Below the pieces are notes generated by a model, which saw only the letters and a program-made list of their open reading frames with translations, did not search any database and was not told where the DNA came from. 64,000 nt of DNA from an uncultured delta proteobacterium. Its GTDB lineage: Bacteria > Myxococcota_A > Polyangia > Polyangiales > B10-G4. The stretch is from assembly GCA_963727445.1 (NCBI GenBank), contig CAVSGI010000008.1:224001-288000 (forward strand), read 5' to 3'. The number at the start of each line of letters is the position of its first letter. The first letter of the stretch is position 1. Position numbers and translations under genes: made by a program. Below, in pieces: positions 9,582 to 18,917 of the stretch.

Positions 9582-10946
9582 GTGGAGACCCGCGCGATGC
9601 CCGTCGTCCGGAGACTGCTCGAACGCTGGACGAGCCCGCCGACGCGACGGGAGCACGCCGTGGTGATCGGCGGAAGCCTCGCGGGGCTCCTCGACGCGGC
9701 CGCGCTCAGCGCCCACTTCGAGCGGGTGACCATCGTGGAGCGCGACGCCCTTCCGTCGGACGCGGCGTGCCGCAAGGGCGTTCCTCAGGACCGCCACGGC
9801 CACGGCCTTCTGGCGGGAGGGTACGACGCCATCGCCGCCCTGGTGCCGGAGTTCGAGAGCGACATCCGCGCGCACGGCGCGGTCGTCGGCGACGTGATCC
9901 GTGACGTGCGCTGGTTCTACTTCGGGGGCTACAAAGCGCGCTTCGAGAGCGGCCTCGGTGGGGCGCTGATGAGTCGGCCGCTGATCGAGTCGCTGATCCG
10001 GCGACGGGTGCTCGGGCGCGACAACGTGTCGCTGAGGCAGTCGCGGGTGCACGGGCTCGTCGGGAGCCGGTGGCGTGTGCGCGGCGTTCGCCTCGAGGAC
10101 GACGAGACGCTCGCCGCCGATCTCGTCGTCGACGCGAGCGGCCGCGGGTCGAAGACCGGGGAGTGGCTCGAAGCGCTCGGCGCCTCCGCACCCGAGCGAG
10201 AAGAGCTGAAGGTCGGCATCGGCTACTCCTCTCGGGTGTACCGGAGAAAGCCCGAGCACCTGGGCGGCGACCTCGGCGTCATCCTCTCCCCCACCCCCCC
10301 CGACCGCCGCGTGGGCTTCATGCTGGCCATCGAAGACGACCGCTGGATTGTGTCGATCGGCGGTTGGCTCGGCGACCACGCGCCGGTCGACGACGAGGGG
10401 TACCTCGCGTTCGCCAAGACCCTGCCACGTCCCGACATCTACGAGACCATCGCGACTGCCGAGCCTCTCTCCGACATCGCGTCCTACAAGTTCCGCTCCA
10501 ACCTGCGCCGGCGCTACGAGAAGCTCGAACGGATCCCGAGCGGTATCCTCGTCACCGGCGACGCCCTGTGTAGCTTCAACCCCATCTACGCGCAGGGGAT
10601 GGCGACCGCCGCTCTCGAGGCCGTGCTGTTGCGCGAGCTCTTACGCGCGCACGAGGCCAGCGACGCCGCCCTCCCCCGGCGGTTCTTCCGGCGAGCGGCC
10701 CGCCTCCTCGACAACCCGTGGATGCTCGCGACGAGCCACGACCTGCGCTATCCCGAGGTCGCCGGCACGCGTTCGGTGGGCCTGCCGCTCCTGCACCGCT
10801 ACGTCGAGCGCGTCCAGGACGCCGCCAACCACGACGAAGCGGTGTGTCGCGCGATGTTCGACGTCGCCAACCTGCTCGCCCCTCCCGCGAGCCTCTTCGA
10901 GCCGCGCGTACTGCGGCGAGTCGTCCGAGCTCGCTTCAGACGCTGA
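9582..10946 (+). CDS. FAD-dependent monooxygenase/oxidoreductase
   Basis: VVIGGSLAGL, RKGVPQDRHGH, ADLVVDASGRGS, GDALCSFNPIYAQGM; start may be ATG 9597. Confidence 0.9.
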   Translation: METRAMPVVRRLLERWTSPPTRREHAVVIGGSLAGLLDAAALSAHFERVTIVERDALPSDAACRKGVPQDRHGHGLLAGGYDAIAALVPEFESDIRAHGAVVGDVIRDVRWFYFGGYKARFESGLGGALMSRPLIESLIRRRVLGRDNVSLRQSRVHGLVGSRWRVRGVRLEDDETLAADLVVDASGRGSKTGEWLEALGASAPEREELKVGIGYSSRVYRRKPEHLGGDLGVILSPTPPDRRVGFMLAIEDDRWIVSIGGWLGDHAPVDDEGYLAFAKTLPRPDIYETIATAEPLSDIASYKFRSNLRRRYEKLERIPSGILVTGDALCSFNPIYAQGMATAALEAVLLRELLRAHEASDAALPRRFFRRAARLLDNPWMLATSHDLRYPEVAGTRSVGLPLLHRYVERVQDAANHDEAVCRAMFDVANLLAPPASLFEPRVLRRVVRARFRR

Positions 10947-11007
10947 TCGCGCGCGCCGAGCTCCCAAATCACGATGCGCCCCGATGGCATTGGTGCTATT
11001 CGCTCCC

Positions 11008-11373
11008 ATGTCCAATCAGGAAGAACGCGACCGCGGCCAGCTCTTCGACAACCGAGACAAGCGCAAGCCGAGTCAGCCAGACATGCAGGGCAAGGGTCGA
11101 GTGGGCGGCGTGTCGTACGCCATCTCGGGCTGGATGCGCGAGGATCGATTGGTGGTCTCGTTCGAGCCTCCCCGGGCGAAGGGCAACGCACACCCCGTGG
11201 GCGAGCTCCGCGGGGTCCTGGACCGCGCTTCGGAGGGCGAGGACGGCCCGCTCTGGCGCGGCGACGTCTCCGGGGAGGACGTGTCTTTCGTCGTGCGCGC
11301 ATTCCAGAAGATCGGCAAGAGCGGCGCATATCTCACCCTCGAGCTGATGCGCTCGGGTGAGAGCGCCCCCTAG
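11008..11373 (+). CDS. Hypothetical protein with two DUF736-like (phage-type) small beta domains
   Basis: C-terminal part of ORF 10348..11373; GQLFDNRDKRKPSQPDMQG...YAISGW, with a second similar unit ending KIGKSGAYLTLEL. Confidence 0.65.
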   Translation: MSNQEERDRGQLFDNRDKRKPSQPDMQGKGRVGGVSYAISGWMREDRLVVSFEPPRAKGNAHPVGELRGVLDRASEGEDGPLWRGDVSGEDVSFVVRAFQKIGKSGAYLTLELMRSGESAP

Positions 11374-11507
11374 CCCGCCGAAATCACTTTCGTGGCGCAG
11401 AGGACCCAAACGAGCTAAGTTCCGCCCATCGCTGCCGTTTCGCAGCGAGCCTCCACTCCTCGCGGCCGGGTAGTTTGGGCTACCGACGCGCCGCCCGAGT
11501 GTGACTT

Positions 11508-12737
11508 TTGACTTCGAAACCCGCCGGCAACGACCGGCCGACCACCGCTGCGACCTTCGCCTCCCTCGAGCTCCCCCTGCCCCTGCTCCGGGCCCTCGAC
11601 GACGAAGGCTACGCGACGCCCACCGCCATTCAGCGGCAAGCCATCCCCCATGCCCTCGCCGGGCGTGACATCCTCGCCACCGCCCAGACCGGAACGGGCA
11701 AGACCGCAGCGTTCCTGCTGCCCATCGTCGCGCGCCTCCTGGAGCGCCCGGGGCGCGGCATCCGAGCGCTCATCATCTCCCCCACCCGAGAGCTCGCGTC
11801 GCAGATCGCCGAACGCGCCGACGCCTACACGCGCCACACGGAGATCGAGCACGCGGTGATCTACGGCGGTGTGCGTCAGCGGATCCAGGAGCGCGCGCTC
11901 CGGCGCGATCCCTCGATCGTCGTGGCGACCCCTGGCCGCCTCCTCGATCTGATTCAGCAGCGTGTCGTGCGCCTCGATGACGTGGACACGTTGGTCCTCG
12001 ACGAAGCCGACCGGATGTTCGACATGGGGTTCTTGCCCGACGTTCGGCGCATCGTGTCCGAGGTCTCCACCGACCGCCAAACGCTGCTCTTCTCCGCCAC
12101 GATGCCCCCGAGCATCTCCCGCCTCGCCCAGAGCATCCTTCAGGACCCGGTGCGCGTCGAGGTCGACCCGCCGGACGAGACGCCGGACGTCGTCGACCAG
12201 TCCGTCTATTTTCTGCGGAGCGCGGAGAAGCCCGCGCTCCTACTGCGACTGCTGCGCGGGCGGGACATGGACCGCGCGCTGATCTTCACGCGCACCAAGC
12301 GCGCCGCCGACCAACTGGCGGACCGACTCTCTCGCGACGGGCTCGGCGCCGACGCGATCCACGGCGACAAGTCGCAGGCGGATTGGGAGAGGGCCCTCTC
12401 GGCGTTCCGCAACGGCGAGATGCCGGTGCTGGTGGCGACCGACGTCGCCGCCCGAGGAATCGACGTCAAGGGCGTCACCCACGTGTTCAACTACGAGCTG
12501 CCCGACAGCCCGGAGAGCTACGTCCATCGCATCGGCCGAACCGGTCGCGCGGGAGCCGTCGGCAAGGCCATCTCGCTTTGTGACCCGACGGAGCGCGGCC
12601 AGCTCTACGACATCGAGCGCACCCTCAAGGTGCGCATCCCCCAGGGCGGGGAAGACGAAAATGGCGCGACCGCCCGCGCGCGTGAGGTCGTGCACTTCGG
12701 TGGAAGGCGCGGCGAGCGCAAGCGCAGGCGCTGGTAG
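11508..12737 (+). CDS. DEAD-box ATP-dependent RNA helicase (RhlE-like)
   Basis: Q motif, AQTGTGKT, PTRELA, ATPGRL, DEAD, SAT, ATDVAARGID, YVHRIGRTGRAG; motif IVa reads QADW instead of QxxR. Confidence 0.95.
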   Translation: MTSKPAGNDRPTTAATFASLELPLPLLRALDDEGYATPTAIQRQAIPHALAGRDILATAQTGTGKTAAFLLPIVARLLERPGRGIRALIISPTRELASQIAERADAYTRHTEIEHAVIYGGVRQRIQERALRRDPSIVVATPGRLLDLIQQRVVRLDDVDTLVLDEADRMFDMGFLPDVRRIVSEVSTDRQTLLFSATMPPSISRLAQSILQDPVRVEVDPPDETPDVVDQSVYFLRSAEKPALLLRLLRGRDMDRALIFTRTKRAADQLADRLSRDGLGADAIHGDKSQADWERALSAFRNGEMPVLVATDVAARGIDVKGVTHVFNYELPDSPESYVHRIGRTGRAGAVGKAISLCDPTERGQLYDIERTLKVRIPQGGEDENGATARAREVVHFGGRRGERKRRRW

Positions 12738-12790
12738 TCGAGGCGCAGCAGGCGCGAAGGCCGGCGCGGGCGCCGTGATATCATCGCTCC

Positions 12791-14296
12791 GTGGCCATAC
12801 GCGTCGTCCCCATTGTCCCTTTCGTCATCGTCCTGGCCGCGTGCTCGGGTGGTTCCGGCCGCGATGGTGACGGCGGGGGCTCGGCGGACTCGGGCGCGAG
12901 CACGGACTCGGGCGGGGGCATGGACTCGAGCACGTCCATGGACTCGGGCGCGTCGGGCGACGGGGGCGGCGGCGACGCCAACAACATGTACGCGATGGAC
13001 GCCGGCCCCGGGTGCGAGACGGGGGCGACGATGTGCACGCCCGTCGATCCTGGTTGCGTCGGCGCCGAGATCTGCGACGACGGACTCGACAACGACTGCA
13101 ACCTGCTCGTCGACGACGGCTGCCCCTGCGTGCCCGGCACCGTGCAGACCTGCTTCGCCGGACCGCCCGGGTCGCGCAACGTCGGCGCATGCAGCGACGG
13201 GACGCAGCGCTGCGAAGGCTCCTTCGAGTTCGGCACCTGGGGCGAATGCACAGGCGGCATCGCGCCGATGGCGGAGACGTGCGACGTCCTCGACAACGAC
13301 TGCAACGGCTGCACGGACGAGAACGACTGCTGCGGCGAAGAGCTCAGCTGCCCAGGCCCCGGCGACCCGCGCGTGCCGACCCCGCAGCCCTTCGACGACG
13401 TGACCATCGACGGCACCGCGTTCTACGGGATGGCGGGCGCCACCTTCTCCTGGGAGATCGAGGGCGGGCCCTGCGAGGCGGTGATCCCGGAACCCACCTT
13501 CACCACCGGCTCGCTCACGGACTCCACCCTCCACTTCACTCCGACGCTGAGCGGCGACTACACGGTGACGATGACCGTGCACACCGCCGCCGGCGAAGAC
13601 CTGACCTGCACCTTCGTCGTCCACGTCGTCGGCGAGGGCCTGCGCGTCGAGCTCTGCTGGCAGCCGACCACGCCCACCGGCGGCACGAGCGACCTCGATC
13701 TCTACCTCCACGACCCGTCGATGATGGGCCCCTGGTACGCCATGGGCGGCAACGTCGTCTTTTCAGGCGTGACCACCGGCAACTCCTGCAACTGGGCGAA
13801 CTGCGCCCCGGGCCTTCGCTCGTCGCTTCCTCGCGCCGACTGGGGCTACGCCAACTCGCCGCTCTCCGCGTGCGACCGCGGCCCGGCCGGTGCCGGTTGG
13901 ACGGGCATCGGCCACTGCCCGAACCCGCGCATCGACGTCGACGGGCACGGGTCCTCCTTCGAGCCGCTCCACGGCTTCATCGAAAACATCAACGCCGACA
14001 ACCCGAACGACGGCCAGACGTTCCGCGTCATGGTCCATGACTGCACGAGCCCACCCTCGAACCCGGTCGTCAACGTCTACTGTGGCGGCTTCCTCCGCGC
14101 GACGATCGGCGCCGCCCCGGACACCATCACGCTCCCAGGCGGCTCGAGCTGCTCCGCCGACACCGACACCGTGTGGCGCGTCGCCGACGTCACCGTCCAC
14201 GTCGACGCCGCGGGCGTCACCACCGGATGCGACGTCACGCCGATCCGCGAGATGGGCGGCGGCCCGCACCTGACGATCGGCGACCTCGCGTACTGA
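12791..14296 (+). CDS. Cys-rich lipoprotein with MopE-like putative metal-binding repeats and a PKD-like domain
   Basis: Lipobox VLAAC; DSG linker; EICDDGLDNDCN and ETCDVLDNDCNG motifs; GDYTVTMTV; SDLDLYLH...ENIN domain. Confidence 0.85.
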   Translation: MAIRVVPIVPFVIVLAACSGGSGRDGDGGGSADSGASTDSGGGMDSSTSMDSGASGDGGGGDANNMYAMDAGPGCETGATMCTPVDPGCVGAEICDDGLDNDCNLLVDDGCPCVPGTVQTCFAGPPGSRNVGACSDGTQRCEGSFEFGTWGECTGGIAPMAETCDVLDNDCNGCTDENDCCGEELSCPGPGDPRVPTPQPFDDVTIDGTAFYGMAGATFSWEIEGGPCEAVIPEPTFTTGSLTDSTLHFTPTLSGDYTVTMTVHTAAGEDLTCTFVVHVVGEGLRVELCWQPTTPTGGTSDLDLYLHDPSMMGPWYAMGGNVVFSGVTTGNSCNWANCAPGLRSSLPRADWGYANSPLSACDRGPAGAGWTGIGHCPNPRIDVDGHGSSFEPLHGFIENINADNPNDGQTFRVMVHDCTSPPSNPVVNVYCGGFLRATIGAAPDTITLPGGSSCSADTDTVWRVADVTVHVDAAGVTTGCDVTPIREMGGGPHLTIGDLAY

Positions 14297-14345
14297 GCTT
14301 CAGCACGCGGGCCTTCACCCGTGGTGCTCTGCTACGCTCCGGCGC

Positions 14346-14961
14346 GTGGTGCGCGCGCTGCTCTTCCCGGTGCTGCTGTCGTCCGGCTGCTACCTCAGCC
14401 ATACGATCCCCAATGCGAGTCCGACCCCACGCTGTGCGAGGCGGCCGCGACCCTCGACGGGCTGCGCTGGGAGCTGCCGTGTCTCGACGACAGTGAAGGA
14501 GTAGAGGTCTGCGCGACGGTGCCGAACATCTCCGATCACACCGTCTTCGCCCCGGGCATGAGCGGTCGGTTCGCGGTCAGGCTGCGCTTCCGCGGCGTGG
14601 TGGAGACGAAGATGTACACGGGGGGCGAGGTCGACGGCTTCTTCTCCATCGGGGGGACGCCGACACGACGCCGTGGAACCTGTACGCCCTCGAGGTCGGG
14701 AGACCCGCGGGGACCTACTACCTCAACCAGGGCGAGACCGAGCTCTATCGCTGCTTCGCGATCGACTACGAAGAGACCGTGACCATCGCCGCCGGCTCAA
14801 ACATCACACTCGACGCGCAGGTCTTCGACGAGGCACAGCATCACGCAACCGCACCATGGCCGGTGACCCCATCGTCGTCCCGGGCGTCGACCCCGCGCCC
14901 GACCCCTTCGACGGTCAGTTCATCCAGATGGACGTGGTCGGACATTCGCCGCCTGCCTTGA
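14346..14961 (+). CDS. Hypothetical lipoprotein with about 4 frame breaks (sequencing errors or pseudogene)
   Basis: Pieces join across frames: MVRALLFPVLLSSGC.. / QCESDP..LDGLRWELPC..RFRGVVETK / DTTPWNLYAL..YYLNQG..FAIDY / RNRTMAGDPIVVPGV..DGQFIQMDVV / DIRRLP*. Confidence 0.65.
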
Positions 14962-14970
14962 CCCAACCGG

Positions 14971-16479
14971 TCACCGGCCATGAGCCCATCGCCGCAGCTC
15001 GAAGACGTGATGCCCCCACGCCGGCAGGTCGAGGTACAGGCCGCGCGCAGCGAGATCCGATCCGTCGCGTTCGTAGCGCGCGTCGCTGAGATGGTCCTCG
15101 AGCACGAAGCGATGACCGTCGAGGCCATCGAGGCCGAGCGCGACGTAGCACTGGCCCGCGTGAGGGGCGTAGTTGACGGCGACCAGGAAGCGTCGCTCGT
15201 CGTCGGCCCAGGTGAACGCGACGAAAGACGCGTGGCTCGGGTTGCCCTCCCACGCGGGACGACATTCGCAGAGCCGCCACGCTCCCTCGTGAACGGTGGA
15301 GATGCGCAGCAGCGCGAGCAATCGATCGTAGAAGGAAGCGATCGCGTCGTCGACGGGTTCGTCGGGGCGACGGCCCACGTGCATCGAGACCTTCACCTTG
15401 CGCCCCTCGCGCTCCCCCTCGTGGAAGAAACGCATCCCCGGAACCAAGAAAGCGATGGCGGCAGCCGCGCGATGGACGTCGGGCGCAAAGTCCTCGGCGG
15501 CGCGTGGCTCGTCGTGGTTCTCGAGGAAGCGCACCGAGCGGTTCTGATAGGCGGGGTCGGCGAGCAGATGGCTGCGCACCGCCGCGCCGTCGCGCGACAG
15601 CAGCCGGTCGTAGAGCTTCTTGTCGTAGGTGTAGTCGAAGCCCTCTTGCTGGAGCTCCCACTCACGCTCCCAGTAGACCTCCGCCATGAAGAGGAAGTCC
15701 GAACGCTTCTCGCGCACCGCCGACACCGCTTCCGGCCAGAAAGGCGCGTCCACCGGCTCGCTGCCGTCGCCCGGTCGTGCGCGCTCACCCCACGTCCGCT
15801 GGATGACGTCGGGCTGCACGAGCATGGCCATGTCGCAGCGAAGTCCGTCGCACATCGACGCCAGGCGAAGGAGGACGTCTTTCATCGCCTGCCGGAGCCC
15901 CGCGTGACGGTAGTTGAGCTGCAGCGTGTCGGGCCAGCCGGCGAAGTAGGGGTCACGCCCGTAGGCGAACACCGCGCGCCCACCTTCGGAGGGCAGCTCT
16001 ACCCAGTTGTCGGGCTCGCGTTCGAGATCCTCTTGCGTGCCGCGGATCAGGTACTCGGGATGCTCGTCGGCCCAGCGGTGATCGAGGCCCATGTGGTTCA
16101 CCACGAAGTCGAGCACCAGCCGGATCCCGCGCTCGCGAAGGCGCGTGCGCAGCCGACCCAGCGCCTCGTCCCCGCCCCACTCTCGTCGCACGCGGTACTC
16201 CTGCACCGCAAAGGGCGAGCCCGTGATGTCCTCATCCGTCGCGCCCGAGAGCGTCGCGTCGATCTGATCGCGCAGCGAGGCATCCGTGAGCGAGACCTCC
16301 CGCGCCTTCGGACCCGTGCGCCAGACGCCGAGGAGCCACACCCAGGTGTAACCGGCGGCGGCGGTCTGTTCGATCCACGCGTCGGGGACGTCGTCGAAGG
16401 TGACCGTTCGGCCGAGGCCGCGGCCCAGCTCGTGAAGCCAGACCCGGGTGTTCATCTCGAGTAGGCAGGGGTGGTTCAT
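14971..16479 (-). CDS. Alpha-amylase family (GH13) glycoside hydrolase
   Basis: LVLDFVVNH, DGLRCDMAM, FMAEVYW, RFLENHDE conserved regions; start MNHPCLLEMNTR. Confidence 0.93.
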   Translation of the reverse strand: MNHPCLLEMNTRVWLHELGRGLGRTVTFDDVPDAWIEQTAAAGYTWVWLLGVWRTGPKAREVSLTDASLRDQIDATLSGATDEDITGSPFAVQEYRVRREWGGDEALGRLRTRLRERGIRLVLDFVVNHMGLDHRWADEHPEYLIRGTQEDLEREPDNWVELPSEGGRAVFAYGRDPYFAGWPDTLQLNYRHAGLRQAMKDVLLRLASMCDGLRCDMAMLVQPDVIQRTWGERARPGDGSEPVDAPFWPEAVSAVREKRSDFLFMAEVYWEREWELQQEGFDYTYDKKLYDRLLSRDGAAVRSHLLADPAYQNRSVRFLENHDEPRAAEDFAPDVHRAAAAIAFLVPGMRFFHEGEREGRKVKVSMHVGRRPDEPVDDAIASFYDRLLALLRISTVHEGAWRLCECRPAWEGNPSHASFVAFTWADDERRFLVAVNYAPHAGQCYVALGLDGLDGHRFVLEDHLSDARYERDGSDLAARGLYLDLPAWGHHVFELRRWAHGR

Positions 16480-16511
16480 CGCGAGTCTCGCGCCAGGCGG
16501 GGACCTCGCCC

Positions 16512-17722
16512 TCAGGGCATGTAGCCCGAGTGCCGACTCCAGTCGCCGTCCGGGTAGTAGAAGAAGAGCAACGCGCCGCCGCTCAAGGTGTCGATGACGC
16601 CCCTCGAGATCCGATCGTCGATCGCGGGGCAGCCCCAGGTCGGCGCGGTCTGGCCGAAGGTGCTCACATAGGTGTCGCGCGAGCCCTCCCATGGGTGAAC
16701 CACGATCGCGCGGCCACGCACGGCGTCGTTGTATCCCGGTTCGAGCCCGTCGAGGCGCACGGAGTAGCCGTAGCTCCCGACGTAGGTTTCCCCGGCGCGC
16801 ATCATGCCGAGTGAGGACTGGTGGCTCCCGGAGACGTTGGAGAACGTCCGCGCAATCCGCGAGTCGGACGGATCGCTCGAAGCGTCCCCGTGCGCGACGA
16901 AGAGGTTGAAGAGCACGGCGCCGCTCGACAGATCGACCACCCACTCGCGCTCTCGGTCGGAGGGCACGGAGAAGTCGGTGACGGCGTATTCGAAGCGCTC
17001 GGTATCACCTCCCTGCCAGGCGACGCCGAACGCGCGCAGGGCGGTGTCGGCCACCGAGCGGTCCATCCCTTCGCGCGAGAGGTCGTCGGCGGAGGTGAAG
17101 CCCATGGTGATCGCGTAGTCGCCCGAGCGCTCGCTTCCATCACCAGCCACCCAGCTGTCCGCGATCACCCAGTAGCGGCCAGCCGGCAGATACCCGCCCG
17201 CGCGCCAGTTGCCGCGATCGAGGCACGCGCTCGCGTCGCGGCTCGTCAGGAGGTGAACGTCCACGTCGACCCCGGCGCCCATGTCGCTGCGCGGTAGATC
17301 GAGGGCGAGGAAACCGGCCGCGGGAAGGTCGACACGGTAGACGACCTCCGGACCGGACTCATCGGTAGTGGGTGCGCAGGCGTAGGCGTCGAAGGTGCGC
17401 GAAGCGGCGCTGGTCGTGCTCACATGCATGAACGGAAATGTGTCGACGCAGACGACGTCCGCCGGGCACGCGTCGGGATCGGGGGCGGCCCCGCGTCCCT
17501 CACCGGTGGCGCGCTCGCGTCCGCGTCCGGACCCGCGCTCGCGTCGAGCGCCGCGCCGGCGTCCGGCTCGGCCGCGCTGTCCATGGCCGCGTCGACCGCG
17601 ACCGTCGCGTCTTCATCGGTGGAGGCGCTCGAGTCCGCGCCCGAAACGAACGTCTCGCCGCCGTGAGCGCACCCGGCGAGAGCGGCGATCGCGATGAGCA
17701 GACAGGAGACCCGTAGCGACAT
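16512..17722 (-). CDS. Lipoprotein: PPC-like domain plus YkuD_2-type murein L,D-transpeptidase domain (frameshift at ~17483)
   Basis: Lipobox LAGC and DAG linker in ORF 17420..17839; ORF 16512..17429 has DFSVPS, VAHG, FSN..GSHQSSLG, LRLDGLE-like SVRLDGLEPGYN, RAIVVH...TWGCPAI; adding one base in the G-run at 17481-85 joins them. Confidence 0.82.
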
Positions 17723-17885
17723 GGCGGCGGACTCTACCTCAGGGTTGGGCACGATCAAGACGAAGGCAGTCCGGCTCGTCAGCTCCAGCACGTCCGCCTG
17801 ACGAAGACGCGCTACGCTGGTGCTCTGGCTGCTCGTCATGAACAGCTACGGGTAGCGAAGACGCTCGCACGGCGAACGTGGCAGG

Positions 17886-18917
17886 ATGCGTCGCATGCTC
17901 GTCCTCGGCGCGCTCATGGTGTTCGTCTTCGACTTCACCAACGGGTTCAACGACGCCGCCAACATGGTGGCGACGATGATCGCGTCACGCGCCATCACGC
18001 CGCTTCGGTCGGTGGTGCTGGTGGGGATCTTCGGCTTTCTCGGGCCGATCCTCGGCGGGACGGCGGTAGCGAACACCATCGGTGGGGTGGTGGTGGTGGA
18101 GGGGCTGTCGGAGCCGGCGGCCTTCCTGGTGGTGCTCTCCGGCCTCGGAGGCGCCATCGTCTGGAACCTCCTGACCTTCTGGAAGGCGCTCCCCTCGTCG
18201 AGCTCCCACGCGTTGGTCGGGAGCCTCGTGGGCGCGATGTGGATCTCGGAAGGAGCGCAGCGCGTGCACTGGGGGATTGCGGCGCTCGCCGAAGGTGAGC
18301 TGACGGGGGTGGCCAAGATCCTCATCGCCCTCCTCGTGTCGCCGCCCCTCGGTTTCGGGCTCGGCTTCATCCTGCAGCGCGTGGTGCGCCGCCTCCTTTC
18401 GCGCGCTCACCCAAGGGTGAACCGCTGGCTGCGACGGGGGCAGTGGATCACCGCCTCGGCGCTCGCCTTCGCTCACGGCACCAACGACGCGCAGAAGGGG
18501 ATGGGGATCCTGACGCTCCTTCTGGTGGTCAGCGGATCCCTCGCGCACTTCGACGTCCCGATCTGGGTGATGCTGCTGAGCGCGAGCGGGCTTCTCCTCG
18601 GCACGCTCTTCGGTGGATGGCGCATCATCGCGACGGTGGGATTCGGGATCTACCGCCTCAGGCCGCTTCATGGGATGGACGCGCAGCTCGCATCCGCGGC
18701 CATCGTCCTCGGCGCGGGCGAGCTCGGTGCCCCGGTCTCCACCACCCACGTGGTGACCAGCGCCATCATGGGAGTCGGTTCGGCCGAGCATCCGCGCGCG
18801 GTCCGATGGAGGCGCGCCATCGACATCGGCCTGACCTGGGTGGTCACGCTCCCGGGCGCGGCGCTGCTCGGGTTCTTGCTGGCGAGCCTCGGGCTCGCGC
18901 TCGGAGGCGCGCGATGA
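17886..18917 (+). CDS. pit: Inorganic phosphate transporter, PiT family
   Basis: NGFNDAAN, PSSSSHALVG, HGTNDAQK, PVSTTH motifs. Confidence 0.93.
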   Translation: MRRMLVLGALMVFVFDFTNGFNDAANMVATMIASRAITPLRSVVLVGIFGFLGPILGGTAVANTIGGVVVVEGLSEPAAFLVVLSGLGGAIVWNLLTFWKALPSSSSHALVGSLVGAMWISEGAQRVHWGIAALAEGELTGVAKILIALLVSPPLGFGLGFILQRVVRRLLSRAHPRVNRWLRRGQWITASALAFAHGTNDAQKGMGILTLLLVVSGSLAHFDVPIWVMLLSASGLLLGTLFGGWRIIATVGFGIYRLRPLHGMDAQLASAAIVLGAGELGAPVSTTHVVTSAIMGVGSAEHPRAVRWRRAIDIGLTWVVTLPGAALLGFLLASLGLALGGAR

